Shown: in pieces, positions 1-9,810 of the stretch
Layout of the letters: every line of letters starts with the position of its first letter
Position numbering within the stretch: the stretch's first letter is position 1
Origin: Klebsiella phage vB_KpM_FBKp34
Direction: 5' to 3' (one strand)
DNA: 64,000 bases
Sequence record: MW394390.1
Translations under genes and position numbers: made by a program
The notes under the pieces: model-generated
What the model saw: only the letters and a program-made list of their open reading frames with translations
Databases searched by the model: none
Told to the model about the DNA's origin: nothing

Positions 1-386
1 GCAGTTTGCAATTCTTCTTCACTTAGTTCTTCAAAATCCTGATCTTGTAATCTGTCAACATAATCTTGAATAGTTTTAGACACAGATTCATACTGCTCTT
101 GAGCTTTATTAAGATTTGCTTTATTCTTTATTTTCTTTTCTGCTTCAATCTGTTCAGTGCTTTGAGTCCATTTTAAACTATCTTTGTTGAAGGAGTAATA
201 TGGACTGGGTTTTGCTGTATCAGATAGAGTTATGTCATTACCTTCAATCATTGCAAAAAAGCCTTGATTAATTTTATCTAAAGTGTCTAACCATACAATC
301 TCATCAATAGTGATGACATCTGTAGGCAGCGATACATACTCTAAAGTTTCATCATAAAAAGCTTGAGTTTTTTCACTAAATAACAT
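1..386 (-). CDS. partial CDS (N-terminal ~128 aa, continues past window start); hypothetical tail-fiber-associated protein
   Basis: ATG at 386 on minus strand preceded by GGGAGA RBS (revcomp of 388-400); open frame runs to position 1; lies downstream of the tail fiber gene in the late operon. Confidence 0.4.
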   Translation of the reverse strand, partial: MLFSEKTQAFYDETLEYVSLPTDVITIDEIVWLDTLDKINQGFFAMIEGNDITLSDTAKPSPYYSFNKDSLKWTQSTEQIEAEKKIKNKANLNKAQEQYESVSKTIQDYVDRLQDQDFEELSEEELQT

Positions 387-387
387 A

Positions 388-1416
388 TTATCTCCCTATT
401 GCAATCCAATAACATGGCTGTGCAATGCTAAAATCTTGTCCAGAGTTACTATCACCCCATAAAGAAAAGCCTGTTGTTGTGCCATTTACACAAGCTAGGA
501 CTGTAATATTTCCTGTAGAGGTATTCATCTGATTCAGCTTAGGATTAGCATTAATAGAATATACAGCATTAGGGAAAGTAATAGGAAATGTCACACCTAC
601 ACTAGTTTGAGCTGAACCTGATGTTGTAGGCAGTGTTACAGAACCCCATTGAATAATAGTGCCAGTATTTACATCTTTCCAGTAACCATTAGTTGCAAAT
701 GATGCGGTACTCTTAGAATCAATATAACTTCTTAATGTACCATCTAAATTACTTATTTGTCCATCAACATAATCTTTTCTTGTGAGATCTGCATTATCTG
801 TACCTTGTGTACTTCTTGATCGAGGAGAAGTTAATTCTACCCTACCTGCATATAGAACAATTTCAGATGTTTTTGCAGTTGGTGTTCCTTTATAGATAGT
901 AATAACATCGCCTGTTCTATCCCACGCAAAAGAACCTCTTTGAGTATTACTAGCTGCTTGATCATAAATTCTATAATCAAAGTTTTGCCCTGCTGGGGCA
1001 TATCCATAAAAGTTTTGTAGTGCTCCAAATCCACCACCACTATCTCTTTTTACAAGAGTATTTGGAGTAGGGTCAGAAGTTGCTGCATTTAAGGTTGCAG
1101 AGGATAGAGTCACAGAAGTAACTGCATCACCATTCCAAGTAGCAGTTCCTGAAATATCCCCTTCAAAGGTTAATTGTGTACCATCTTTAGGTAAATACAC
1201 ATCAGGAAGTCCTGCAATAACTTCATCGTTTAAATATCTAATCCATTGACCAAGATTATTTAGTTCCCAGTTGAATTCTTCTGCACTAGGGATTTGACCT
1301 TTATCCCAGCCAATAGTTAAAAGGCTATTCTTAGGTCTAACCTTATTCGTTTGTCCTGTAGAAGGCAGTGTAGTGTCTTCTGTAGCCCAATCAGGATAGT
1401 ATGTAGGTTGTGCCAT
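388..1416 (-). CDS. tail fiber / receptor-binding protein
   Basis: 342 aa, Ser/Thr/Gly/Asn-rich beta-type composition at the distal end of the baseplate module; RBS-like AAGGAG upstream of ATG. Confidence 0.5.
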   Translation of the reverse strand: MAQPTYYPDWATEDTTLPSTGQTNKVRPKNSLLTIGWDKGQIPSAEEFNWELNNLGQWIRYLNDEVIAGLPDVYLPKDGTQLTFEGDISGTATWNGDAVTSVTLSSATLNAATSDPTPNTLVKRDSGGGFGALQNFYGYAPAGQNFDYRIYDQAASNTQRGSFAWDRTGDVITIYKGTPTAKTSEIVLYAGRVELTSPRSRSTQGTDNADLTRKDYVDGQISNLDGTLRSYIDSKSTASFATNGYWKDVNTGTIIQWGSVTLPTTSGSAQTSVGVTFPITFPNAVYSINANPKLNQMNTSTGNITVLACVNGTTTGFSLWGDSNSGQDFSIAQPCYWIAIGR

Positions 1417-1428
1417 TATATCTCCTTT

Positions 1429-2052
1429 TTAAGGTGTGGCGGTTAATAGTGAAGGTAAATGCCCACCATATGAATTCTCATCAAATACAGAACCAAATCC
1501 TTGGAAAACATCCGATGGTGTTTCATCATAGACTGATCCAAAACCAAAAGGTGTCCCTGATTTCAATAGAAGTCTGTAACTACTAAGAATTGGGAAAATC
1601 TCTGTTAATTCCTCTTCTGCTTTTTCTGCATTTAAACATCCTTCATAAAATGCAATATCAAAAGATTTTTGACTACCAATATAAATATTTATACTTTGTT
1701 CATCTACTCCGGTAAACCTAACTAAAAGATCTATAATCTCTGGCATAGTTCCAGAAGTTTTAGTTCTATAAGATCTTATTTTTAGTACGTTTCTGTAATC
1801 ATCATCAGAAGACCCATTTCTAGGAACCCCTAATTCCTCTCCGATATTATCAAGAACAATCCCTGTTCCTGTATCTATCGTTCTATTTTTACCCAAAAAG
1901 ATAACTTCGTCATCTATTTGCTTTTTCATACTAGCAATAACTTGCAAAAGCTTGACAAGATTATCAGATCCTTTAAACTGTTCTAAAAGTAAATCAAAGG
2001 TATCTTTTACATAATCAGGATTATATTGGATATGGTCAACACTGTTAGCCAT
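1429..2052 (-). CDS. hypothetical baseplate/tail fiber-associated protein
   Basis: 207 aa ORF tightly packed between baseplate J-like and tail fiber genes. Confidence 0.4.
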   Translation of the reverse strand: MANSVDHIQYNPDYVKDTFDLLLEQFKGSDNLVKLLQVIASMKKQIDDEVIFLGKNRTIDTGTGIVLDNIGEELGVPRNGSSDDDYRNVLKIRSYRTKTSGTMPEIIDLLVRFTGVDEQSINIYIGSQKSFDIAFYEGCLNAEKAEEELTEIFPILSSYRLLLKSGTPFGFGSVYDETPSDVFQGFGSVFDENSYGGHLPSLLTATP

Positions 2053-2061
2053 GTGACCTCC

Positions 2062-3546
2062 TTAAATCACTTGTTCAAACGAAACATTTTCTGTAGAGAT
2101 GGCTGCAATTTCAGAAAACGCTGGAGTAATGTCTGAAGTAGAGAAACTTGAATCAGGATCAGATGCTTTTTTAGTTTGAACTTCTAAATAACTTAATCTT
2201 CCAAAAGTAATAGAACTAAAAACAACACTTTGTAATTGAACATTAAATATAGTTGTCCCAATCTCAAAAGATGAAGCCAGATTAACAAAGTTATTTTGGA
2301 TAACTGTTTGTTCTTCTGCTGTCAATGGAGAATCATCTACTGTTCTGTATCTTACTCTAATACTATATTCAGTTTCACTAGCAGGAGTATATTTTATAAC
2401 TTCAATACCACCATCTGGAAGCGCTTGATTATAACTGACTGTACCTGATGTCAGAGTATTAATAGGTTTTTTATTATATAATGTAGTTGCAATTTCTTGA
2501 GGATCACCACCTAGCACTACTGTATTAAATGTAAATGCTGGGGCTTCTGGTGTATCATTAATAGTTGGATTATCATAGATTCTAACTTTCTCAACACCGT
2601 CTAAATCAGAAATAGCTTTATAAATTGCTGGTCTTGTTGCAGCATTTGATTCATCAATAACATCGTTAAATCTTGCTCTATACTCTGCATCTGTTTCAAC
2701 ATCACGACCCGGATAAAACTCAGTAAAGTTACCTACAGCAAGTTGACCTGTGATTGAAGGTGTTATACTAACAATTCCACCAGGAAAAACATCATAAACC
2801 CCAGTCTCAGTTGCTGTTACAGGAATAAGACTCCACTTAGTTCCTACGTTAACTGTTGCATAGAATTTAACAGAAGAATTTAAACCAACAGGATTGGTTA
2901 AATCTGTACTATTAAATCCTACATATAAAGTATTATTCTGAACAAAAACTTTACTGGTCTCAGATGATGCAACGTTAGAAGATATAAAAGTTGCCAGATC
3001 TGTCATCAATGTTGAAGAGTTTGTTGCAAAAGTCGCAGTATTTAAGGCTCCACTAACTACATTTGTAATATAGAATGTAATGGATGTCCCAGCGGCAGTC
3101 AATTGCGATTTAGTAACCGTGTAAGCAGCAATACGATCACGTAATGCTGTTTCTATAGATACCTGGTATGTTTGACCACTAGATGATCTAAAAGATGTTG
3201 ACAGCGGAATACTTGTCGTCCATAATGCAGTATTATTTGTCTTAATGAAGGCATAACCATTCCCGGCTGCACTTGTCTTTCTAAATATACTACGTCTTGA
3301 GAGGATTTCATCCAGATAAATACCTTCTGCACCATTCAAAGTTTGGCTATTATAAACAGCTTGCAATCCTTGCCAAGTATAGATATCCTGAAATGCAAAG
3401 ATACTCAGAAACTGTCCTATAACAGAAGAGTCTCCTATGTTTACATCACTCCCAAATGTTGCCCTTGCGTTTTCATAATATGCAGATCTCCAGTCATCAT
3501 AAGAAGGCATTATGAAACCGAAATCCTTTAATCCAAAGTCACTCAT
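2062..3546 (-). CDS. baseplate J-like protein (P2 gpJ / T4 gp6-like wedge)
   Basis: 494 aa; position immediately after the gp25/W-like and spike genes, as in Mu/P2 baseplate gene order; N-terminal region resembles the Baseplate_J family. Confidence 0.55.
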   Translation of the reverse strand: MSDFGLKDFGFIMPSYDDWRSAYYENARATFGSDVNIGDSSVIGQFLSIFAFQDIYTWQGLQAVYNSQTLNGAEGIYLDEILSRRSIFRKTSAAGNGYAFIKTNNTALWTTSIPLSTSFRSSSGQTYQVSIETALRDRIAAYTVTKSQLTAAGTSITFYITNVVSGALNTATFATNSSTLMTDLATFISSNVASSETSKVFVQNNTLYVGFNSTDLTNPVGLNSSVKFYATVNVGTKWSLIPVTATETGVYDVFPGGIVSITPSITGQLAVGNFTEFYPGRDVETDAEYRARFNDVIDESNAATRPAIYKAISDLDGVEKVRIYDNPTINDTPEAPAFTFNTVVLGGDPQEIATTLYNKKPINTLTSGTVSYNQALPDGGIEVIKYTPASETEYSIRVRYRTVDDSPLTAEEQTVIQNNFVNLASSFEIGTTIFNVQLQSVVFSSITFGRLSYLEVQTKKASDPDSSFSTSDITPAFSEIAAISTENVSFEQVI

Positions 3547-3820
3547 TATTTACGTCCTTACCTTTAGGTCTAGGCTCTTGATCGTCTTCAGTTTGATTAA
3601 AATCTCCGTAACGATACTTCATTAATTTACTTGCAAGATTAGGAGTAACTACGATACATGCATAAATCCATGCATACCATTCAGGCAATCCTATGAAAAA
3701 GCCAAAGTAAATAAATACTGCGGTCATACATAGAAAACCAACATTACTCCAAAACCTTGTATGTGAATATTGCCCACCAGGTCTAAAGGCAAATAAAAAA
3801 GATTTTAAAAAATTTATCAT
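3539..3820 (-). CDS. small membrane protein (2 predicted TM helices, charged C-terminus)
   Basis: ATG at 3820 preceded by GAGGTG RBS; hydrophobic segments FLKSFLFAF and FLCMTAVFIYFGFFIGL, acidic/basic tail; embedded in baseplate cluster. Confidence 0.4.
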   Translation of the reverse strand: MINFLKSFLFAFRPGGQYSHTRFWSNVGFLCMTAVFIYFGFFIGLPEWYAWIYACIVVTPNLASKLMKYRYGDFNQTEDDQEPRPKGKDVNNE

Positions 3821-3833
3821 TTGCACCTCTAAA

Positions 3834-4358
3834 CTATCCCCAGTTATTCCACCAAGTTGCATAAGTGTTTATAGGTAGACCATTAAAATTAATAAACTCG
3901 TATAGTTTATTCACATAAGTTATTTGATCACCTAATCCACAATCAATATGAGGGTTATCATCACCAAAATCTGGGTATTCCCATTCAGCCTGTGGAGAAA
4001 TTTCTGCATCAACAAAAATAACACCGTCGTCTGTTACTACAGCAACTTTTAGATCATAAATTCTTAATTGTCTATCCCATGTAGATGAGAAGGAATCAAT
4101 AGAGTTAACTCCTTCTTCTTGTCTAATTTCATTAAGAAAAATTGTATCTACATCTTTTTTATTACGGGCTTTACCTATAATCTCTTGTTGATAGGGTATC
4201 CCATAATCTTGGTTTATAAACCACTCAGTTTCAAAAGTATTAAGTCTTATTTTCAATCTTTGACCTAACTCTTCGTCTTTCTTAGATGTAAAAGTTAAAT
4301 CTTGATCCACAAAAATAAGATCATTTGTATCCTTATCAAGTTTAAAATCAAAACTCAT
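3834..4358 (-). CDS. baseplate wedge protein (gp25 / gpW / Mu gp46-like)
   Basis: 174 aa immediately downstream of the spike gene; size and position typical of the gp25/W family. Confidence 0.45.
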   Translation of the reverse strand: MSFDFKLDKDTNDLIFVDQDLTFTSKKDEELGQRLKIRLNTFETEWFINQDYGIPYQQEIIGKARNKKDVDTIFLNEIRQEEGVNSIDSFSSTWDRQLRIYDLKVAVVTDDGVIFVDAEISPQAEWEYPDFGDDNPHIDCGLGDQITYVNKLYEFINFNGLPINTYATWWNNWG

Positions 4359-4360
4359 AA

Positions 4361-5014
4361 TTAACTCCCAAGTGGATTAGTACTGCTTCCACCACTCTCA
4401 ACACCACCATGGGTATGTTTATCAACAACAGAACCATCTACAAGTGTTAATTGTCCAGTAGGAGATATTTTTAAACCATTTAAGTTAATAGTTCCATCCG
4501 AACCCATTTCAATTTTCCCCCCAGAATTTTCAATAATAATTGTTCCATCTGGATATAAGGTAAATTTAGATTGATCATTAGCAATGACCAAATTTTCACT
4601 ATCTATTTCTGTTGAACTATTTCCAGCAGATAAACATGGTATAATCGCAATAGGATATAAACCTAAATAAGTTCTCTGTGCAGGTTCACTTAAATTGTCA
4701 CCATTATTTCCAGAAAGGAAGTTAGATGGGTCTCTTTCAGAGAAGACCACTAACACTGTATCACCAGGTTTAATAGGGAAAGTAATTTTTGCTTTACCAC
4801 CATTACCAGATTGTACTACAATAGGAATATCTAACAATTCTGGATAGGGTATTGTTTTACTTGTACCTATGGCAGTTTTCACAAGTGGTTGTGCAGATCC
4901 TTTCCCTGAGCCATAGTTAATAGAAGTTAATCTCGCCGGAACTGCTGTATGGACATCTGCCAGTTTGCTTGTGATCAGATCTCCTAATGTTGTTGTAAAT
5001 CTATCTGGATTCAC
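4361..5014 (-). CDS. baseplate spike / assembly protein V (Mu gp45-like)
   Basis: 217 aa with C-terminal VDKHTHGGVESGGSSTNPL motif typical of the Mu gp45 / P2 gpV spike family. Confidence 0.6.
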   Translation of the reverse strand: MNPDRFTTTLGDLITSKLADVHTAVPARLTSINYGSGKGSAQPLVKTAIGTSKTIPYPELLDIPIVVQSGNGGKAKITFPIKPGDTVLVVFSERDPSNFLSGNNGDNLSEPAQRTYLGLYPIAIIPCLSAGNSSTEIDSENLVIANDQSKFTLYPDGTIIIENSGGKIEMGSDGTINLNGLKISPTGQLTLVDGSVVDKHTHGGVESGGSSTNPLGS

Positions 5015-5980
5015 TTAAGCCCCCTGTTTTGATATAGTAGCATCTATTGGAACTGCTTCTACACGGGTTGTCCACTCAGACTCTTCATAACTTCCTTTAT
5101 GAGTAACTTTTGTGACTCTAAATGCACCGTCATAGCCCCTGGCCTTGACATAAATTGTAGAATCAGGAATAATAGCACCATCAAGTTGACACTCCAAAGA
5201 TATACCGTTTGCAGGTGTTTTATTCTTTTTAGATTTTTTCTCACTCTGACTTAATGGCTCTGGTCCCTGTTTGAGTCCCGTCTCATCTGACAAATACGCA
5301 GATTGCTGAGTTAATCTTTTATTATTAGGTAACACATAAATAGAGCCGTCTTGAATTGAATAAGAGTGGTTAATCCCACTGGCAAGATTTCCTAATTGAT
5401 TAGATGTTCCACCTACAAAAGAAACAGGCGTTGTAGTTGTAGGCACAGAAGAGTCTATTTCAATTCTACCTACAGGAGTTCCTAAATCTTTTGCTAGGTC
5501 ATTAAAGATTTGATCATATGTTGTCCCAGCAGGGTACGTCCTTGACGTTAGTGCCTCTTTTACATTCACAGCACCATCTGCACATTTAAGTGTAGTTTGT
5601 CTTGTTTCTCTTTCCCATTTATCAATTATTTTTGCAACAGTGCCTTTAAATACAGTTTTAACTTCTCCAACCCAGCCAGCTTCTAAAATTAGAACCAAAT
5701 AGTTTTCAATATTAGTTTTAATATAATTTACAAGGTTATCATCTAAGTTAAATATTGTTATCTCAGTACTATTAGGTTCTTTATTATTATCTTTCTTTAT
5801 TGTAAAGGAAATTTGATGAGTTGTCAACTCATAAGCATTTGTTCTTCCTTTAGAATCCTGAATATTTTTATCCAAATCAACAGGCACTGTGAAGGAAGAA
5901 TTTGTGGATAAATTTTGTGATAAAGGTACACCAGTACCAAATCTTAACCTGTACTGATGAAGAAATCTATAATTTTCCAT
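5015..5980 (-). CDS. baseplate hub / tail protein (Mu gpP / P2 gpD-like)
   Basis: 321 aa between tape-measure-proximal genes and spike; order matches Mu-type baseplate modules. Confidence 0.4.
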   Translation of the reverse strand: MENYRFLHQYRLRFGTGVPLSQNLSTNSSFTVPVDLDKNIQDSKGRTNAYELTTHQISFTIKKDNNKEPNSTEITIFNLDDNLVNYIKTNIENYLVLILEAGWVGEVKTVFKGTVAKIIDKWERETRQTTLKCADGAVNVKEALTSRTYPAGTTYDQIFNDLAKDLGTPVGRIEIDSSVPTTTTPVSFVGGTSNQLGNLASGINHSYSIQDGSIYVLPNNKRLTQQSAYLSDETGLKQGPEPLSQSEKKSKKNKTPANGISLECQLDGAIIPDSTIYVKARGYDGAFRVTKVTHKGSYEESEWTTRVEAVPIDATISKQGA

Positions 5981-5989
5981 TTAAGTTCC

Positions 5990-6331
5990 TCATAATGTTA
6001 CAGTTTCTGTTGAATCAAAGTAAACTAATCTATATCTCTTATCAATACCAAAATTATCGTAATCTACTCTTCCCCATATAGCTACTAGGTCTATGGCATA
6101 AAGAGATCCGTTAGGCACACCATCCATATATTTATATGGCCTTAATAAATCAAATCCATTAGTTATTTTAAATGAAGCAGAAGGATCTTCACCTGTAATA
6201 CCTATATATGCTTGCCAAGATTCATCTCTATCAATCCATTTCAATCTTAGATCGTAAGTGTTACCTTCTAGCACAACAGTATAAGTGACATCAACATCTT
6301 CTCCACTTTTTAGATACCAAACTGACATCAC
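5990..6331 (-). CDS. hypothetical tail protein
   Basis: 113 aa ORF in tail module. Confidence 0.4.
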   Translation of the reverse strand: MMSVWYLKSGEDVDVTYTVVLEGNTYDLRLKWIDRDESWQAYIGITGEDPSASFKITNGFDLLRPYKYMDGVPNGSLYAIDLVAIWGRVDYDNFGIDKRYRLVYFDSTETVTL

Positions 6332-6339
6332 ACCTCCAG

Positions 6340-7041
6340 CTAATTATTTGCTTCATTTCTTTTTATTGCTGCATCTCTTTCAGTTTTATATTTATCCTGT
6401 GCTGCAACAGCCGCTTCAGATTTTGCAGAACCACCACTATTAGTATTAGATGCCACACTCTTCTTAGTGCTTTTTGAAACATTTAAAGTGACCTGTTTAG
6501 CAAAAGCTAAACGAGTTTGTTCTATAGCTATTTTAAAATTAATAGCTTCTTGTGCTTCTTGATCAAATTCTATACCAGTAATAATACAATTATCTATCTT
6601 TTGAAACTCACTGTATAAGGTGAATAATGTTTTATTTTTAAAGAATTCTTCAAGATAGTCAACAGCAGCTTTAGTCCTTTGTGTACCCGTTCCATAAGTA
6701 CTAAAATATTCTCCATCATGAGTTTCAAATGGAGTATTTGAAATAACACCCTCTAAGGTAAATTTATTATTTCTTATGGTAATGTGATCAGTAATATCTG
6801 AACCTTGAGACACAGGATACTTTGTTAAATCACCTTCCCACTTAGTATTGAACTTTGTTGTAACATCCAGTGCAATTATTTTTTGTTGATCACTTTGTGT
6901 TTTATCTCCTTGCTCATCAGTTTTTATATTACCACCTTCCTTGGCAGTAAACAGTCGAGAGGCAAGAAATAAATATGTTACAGTATTTCCCTCCTGAGAA
7001 GTACTCCCAGAGGTATTTGACACTGTAGATTTAGTTGCCAT
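6340..7041 (-). CDS. hypothetical tail-associated protein (possibly DNA-circulation / tail-tip complex)
   Basis: 233 aa, directly downstream of the tape measure gene. Confidence 0.35.
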   Translation of the reverse strand: MATKSTVSNTSGSTSQEGNTVTYLFLASRLFTAKEGGNIKTDEQGDKTQSDQQKIIALDVTTKFNTKWEGDLTKYPVSQGSDITDHITIRNNKFTLEGVISNTPFETHDGEYFSTYGTGTQRTKAAVDYLEEFFKNKTLFTLYSEFQKIDNCIITGIEFDQEAQEAINFKIAIEQTRLAFAKQVTLNVSKSTKKSVASNTNSGGSAKSEAAVAAQDKYKTERDAAIKRNEANN

Positions 7042-7045
7042 TTTA

Positions 7046-8989
7046 CTATTCCCCTAAAATACTTTGGTTAATTTGGAAGTTCTGATCATCAAATGCCCAC
7101 TCAATTCTTTGGTCAGCACGTGCATCAATCAGGTTGCCAAATTCTTCAGAAGGTTCTACTTGAACTACTACAGGCGCTGGTGTAATATTTAAATTATACT
7201 GTGGAAGATTAAATGGATTGTTACCGCCAAAATTATTTTGATTAGCATACATAGCACTAGGTGCATTAGAACCACTTGAGAACCAGTTATCCCAAAGGTA
7301 TGTTAACTGATCAGATAGACTCATGGAAGTAGGATCAATGACAGCCAAAGGTAAATCACTTTGAGTGATACCTAAAGAAGCCTGGAAGTTCTTTCTCCAA
7401 TCTAAGAGGCTGTTAATAGCCCCACCAAGTTTAATAAATGAACCAGTTAAATCACCTGTGACTTTACCTAAAGCTTGAATAACAGGAACGAAACCTGACA
7501 ATTCTTTTGAAAGATTGTTGCTATTTATACCTGCATCTTTCAAGCCTTGAACAAACGCAGCACCAAATTGACCTTCCATAAAATCTGCTGTTTTACTAAA
7601 GGTTGCAGACATATCAGAAAGATCTTTCAAATTATCTCGTTGAACTTTGGTATAAAGCAAACCTGCGTCTGTTAGTTCATTAAGAGTTGCGACAACATTT
7701 TCACCATCTCTACCAACAGATTTAGCAATATAAGAGAAGTCATTTATTGCTTCTGCTAACGCAGTAAATTCAGAATCTGTAAGTTTTGCACTTTTACGTA
7801 AACCTTCAAGTAAGACTGCCAGTTCAACTGGGCCTTTTACGCTTCTTAGTGTTGCCAGTGCACCTTCACGGCTAAAACCACCACGTTCAGTCATGATCTT
7901 TAACCAGTCAGCCATTTCACCACCACCACTAAAAGACCAATCCCCAGTTTTCTTATTTTGTTTCCATTCACCAAGGCTTAACTGACCAATTTTATCCTGC
8001 ACGTCTTTAGAAATATCAGAAATTTTCTCGAAAGATAGATCGAATCCTGTTGATCTTAGGGCTGCAAGTTGCAAAGCTTGGGTTTCTTCAGGCATGATAC
8101 CCATAGAACTAACACGACTTAACCCTCTAGATTGCAATACGGCGCTCTGGAGAGCCATGACAGCACGAGAGTAGCCCATGTAACCTAATGCACCTGCACC
8201 TATTAATCCAGCCCCTGCAATAGCACCACCGAAGCCTAGACCACCTGATCCACCTTTTCTTAAGTCACCAATCCTCTCTCTGAGAGTCATATGCTCTTTT
8301 GAAAGATCTCTTGTGCTTCTTAAAAGTTGTCTTGTGCTTTCTCTGTATTGGTCTAGTTCTATTTTACCAGAACGGTATCTCCTGTTTAAATTTTCCAGTT
8401 CTCTTGAGAATTGTCTAGCTTCTTTAGCACCAAGATTTAATCTACTCACTTCAAAAGCTAATTGATTACTTCTTAAGCCAGATTTACTATCTCGTTTTTC
8501 TTGATTTCTTCTTGCAAGCAAAGCTTCTCTTGCGATCCTTTCACGAATTTTATCTACGTTTTTTTGCTGATCAAGCATATCCCTAGTATATCTTGCCATT
8601 TCAGCATTTTGTCTTTTTACCCTTTCGTTATCTTCTGCAAAAGCTTTTTTAAAAACGTTAGCACTATCTCTTGCAGATTTCCCAGGTGTCTTATTTACAC
8701 CAAGTATTTTATTATATGAGTTTTGAACATTTTTTGCCGCTTGTTTACTTCTAAGCTTTGCAACATCTTCCATAGCTTTTATATGAGCATCCATAACTTG
8801 GGTTGCTGTTTTTTTAGCATTTCTTACGGTTGCTCTCGCAGCTACAGGAGATGCTATGGCATTAGAAGCAGTTTTAGAAAACTCTTGTTGAAGCTTTTTC
8901 ATGTCATTTCTGACAGCTTTCAAACTCTTGGTGTCTGTTTTATAGACAATCCTGTTGACAAGTGTTGCGGCTTCTACCTTAGTAGCCAT
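7046..8989 (-). CDS. tail tape measure protein
   Basis: 647 aa, long coiled-coil Arg/Lys/Glu-rich N-half, Gly-rich hydrophobic segment GGSGGLGFGGAIAGAGLIGAGALGYMGY; located after the chaperone pair. Confidence 0.75.
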   Translation of the reverse strand: MATKVEAATLVNRIVYKTDTKSLKAVRNDMKKLQQEFSKTASNAIASPVAARATVRNAKKTATQVMDAHIKAMEDVAKLRSKQAAKNVQNSYNKILGVNKTPGKSARDSANVFKKAFAEDNERVKRQNAEMARYTRDMLDQQKNVDKIRERIAREALLARRNQEKRDSKSGLRSNQLAFEVSRLNLGAKEARQFSRELENLNRRYRSGKIELDQYRESTRQLLRSTRDLSKEHMTLRERIGDLRKGGSGGLGFGGAIAGAGLIGAGALGYMGYSRAVMALQSAVLQSRGLSRVSSMGIMPEETQALQLAALRSTGFDLSFEKISDISKDVQDKIGQLSLGEWKQNKKTGDWSFSGGGEMADWLKIMTERGGFSREGALATLRSVKGPVELAVLLEGLRKSAKLTDSEFTALAEAINDFSYIAKSVGRDGENVVATLNELTDAGLLYTKVQRDNLKDLSDMSATFSKTADFMEGQFGAAFVQGLKDAGINSNNLSKELSGFVPVIQALGKVTGDLTGSFIKLGGAINSLLDWRKNFQASLGITQSDLPLAVIDPTSMSLSDQLTYLWDNWFSSGSNAPSAMYANQNNFGGNNPFNLPQYNLNITPAPVVVQVEPSEEFGNLIDARADQRIEWAFDDQNFQINQSILGE

Positions 8990-9000
8990 AATAACTCCTG

Positions 9001-9222
9001 TTATATTTTAGGTTTATTTTTCTCAGAAAGTCTTTTAACCTCAATATCTCTATATTCAAGATCTCTTATATACTCTTTAAGTGCAATTGCTTCATGAAGT
9101 TGTAAGAAATAGTCAATACCATATTGATCTAAAGAGTATCTCGTTTCTGATGTCTCTGATACTACTTTAAAAAACATATAATCATACCAAGTTAAAGACG
9201 AACTTTTCCTAGCAACATCCAT
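9001..9222 (-). CDS. tail assembly chaperone, distal ORF (candidate frameshift extension)
   Basis: 73 aa ORF in a different frame, immediately downstream of the 164 aa chaperone-like ORF and upstream of the tape measure gene (G/GT-like arrangement). Confidence 0.35.
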   Translation of the reverse strand: MDVARKSSSLTWYDYMFFKVVSETSETRYSLDQYGIDYFLQLHEAIALKEYIRDLEYRDIEVKRLSEKNKPKI

Positions 9223-9242
9223 AGCTCTTTTGATGCTAGGGT

Positions 9243-9734
9243 TTACTCGGCTTTGCTCAGACCCACCACTGGAATGATCGAGCGAATAAGTTTTCCGAAA
9301 CCTGTCTTGAAAAAAGGGGAGTAGTTTATCTCAACAACTTTAGCCATTAGTTGTAAAATAACCTCGTTTTTACCCATGAAAAGAGTATCGAAGTTTTCAA
9401 GAACACTTGTATTCTCATAATAAACTTCATCTAACAACAGAGCAATGAATTGAAGAAGATCATCTTCATCCATTGTATTAAATAGCTGTAACAGAGCAGC
9501 AGGAAGGGCTTCAGAAAAGCTAGCTTCTCCTGGCTTTGTATCGACCATCATAGAAACAGGTACAGCAAAATACTTACCGATTTTAGAAATTCTTGAAAAA
9601 GTTTTAGTTGGACTCCAGTGGATAATCCTGAAATTCATTTTTTCACCGCTAATACACTCAGCAGTAAACGTTGTCTCTGGTGCAGCTAATCTTTTCATTG
9701 TAGATTGCTGTTGCATACCTTGAATACTTTGCAT
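9243..9734 (-). CDS. tail assembly chaperone (gpG/E-like)
   Basis: Start re-assigned to ATG at 9734 (GGAGAT RBS, MQSIQG...); sits between tube and tape measure genes. Confidence 0.4.
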   Translation of the reverse strand: MQSIQGMQQQSTMKRLAAPETTFTAECISGEKMNFRIIHWSPTKTFSRISKIGKYFAVPVSMMVDTKPGEASFSEALPAALLQLFNTMDEDDLLQFIALLLDEVYYENTSVLENFDTLFMGKNEVILQLMAKVVEINYSPFFKTGFGKLIRSIIPVVGLSKAE

Positions 9735-9740
9735 ATTATC

Positions 9741-9775
9741 TCCATAAAAATAAAGCACGACATTGTGCCGTGCTT
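9741..9775 (-). terminator. rho-independent terminator after the tail tube gene
   Basis: Minus-strand RNA forms AGCACG...CGUGCU hairpin followed by UUAUUUUUAU. Confidence 0.5.
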
Positions 9776-9810
9776 TTATTATAACATAAATATTTTTATT
9801 TTAAAACAAC

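Noticed and set aside
8501-9097. Plus-strand ORFs 8501-8719 and 8723-9097
   Set aside because: Antisense to the tape measure gene, Cys/Phe/Ser-rich low-complexity translations typical of the reverse strand of AT-rich coding DNA.
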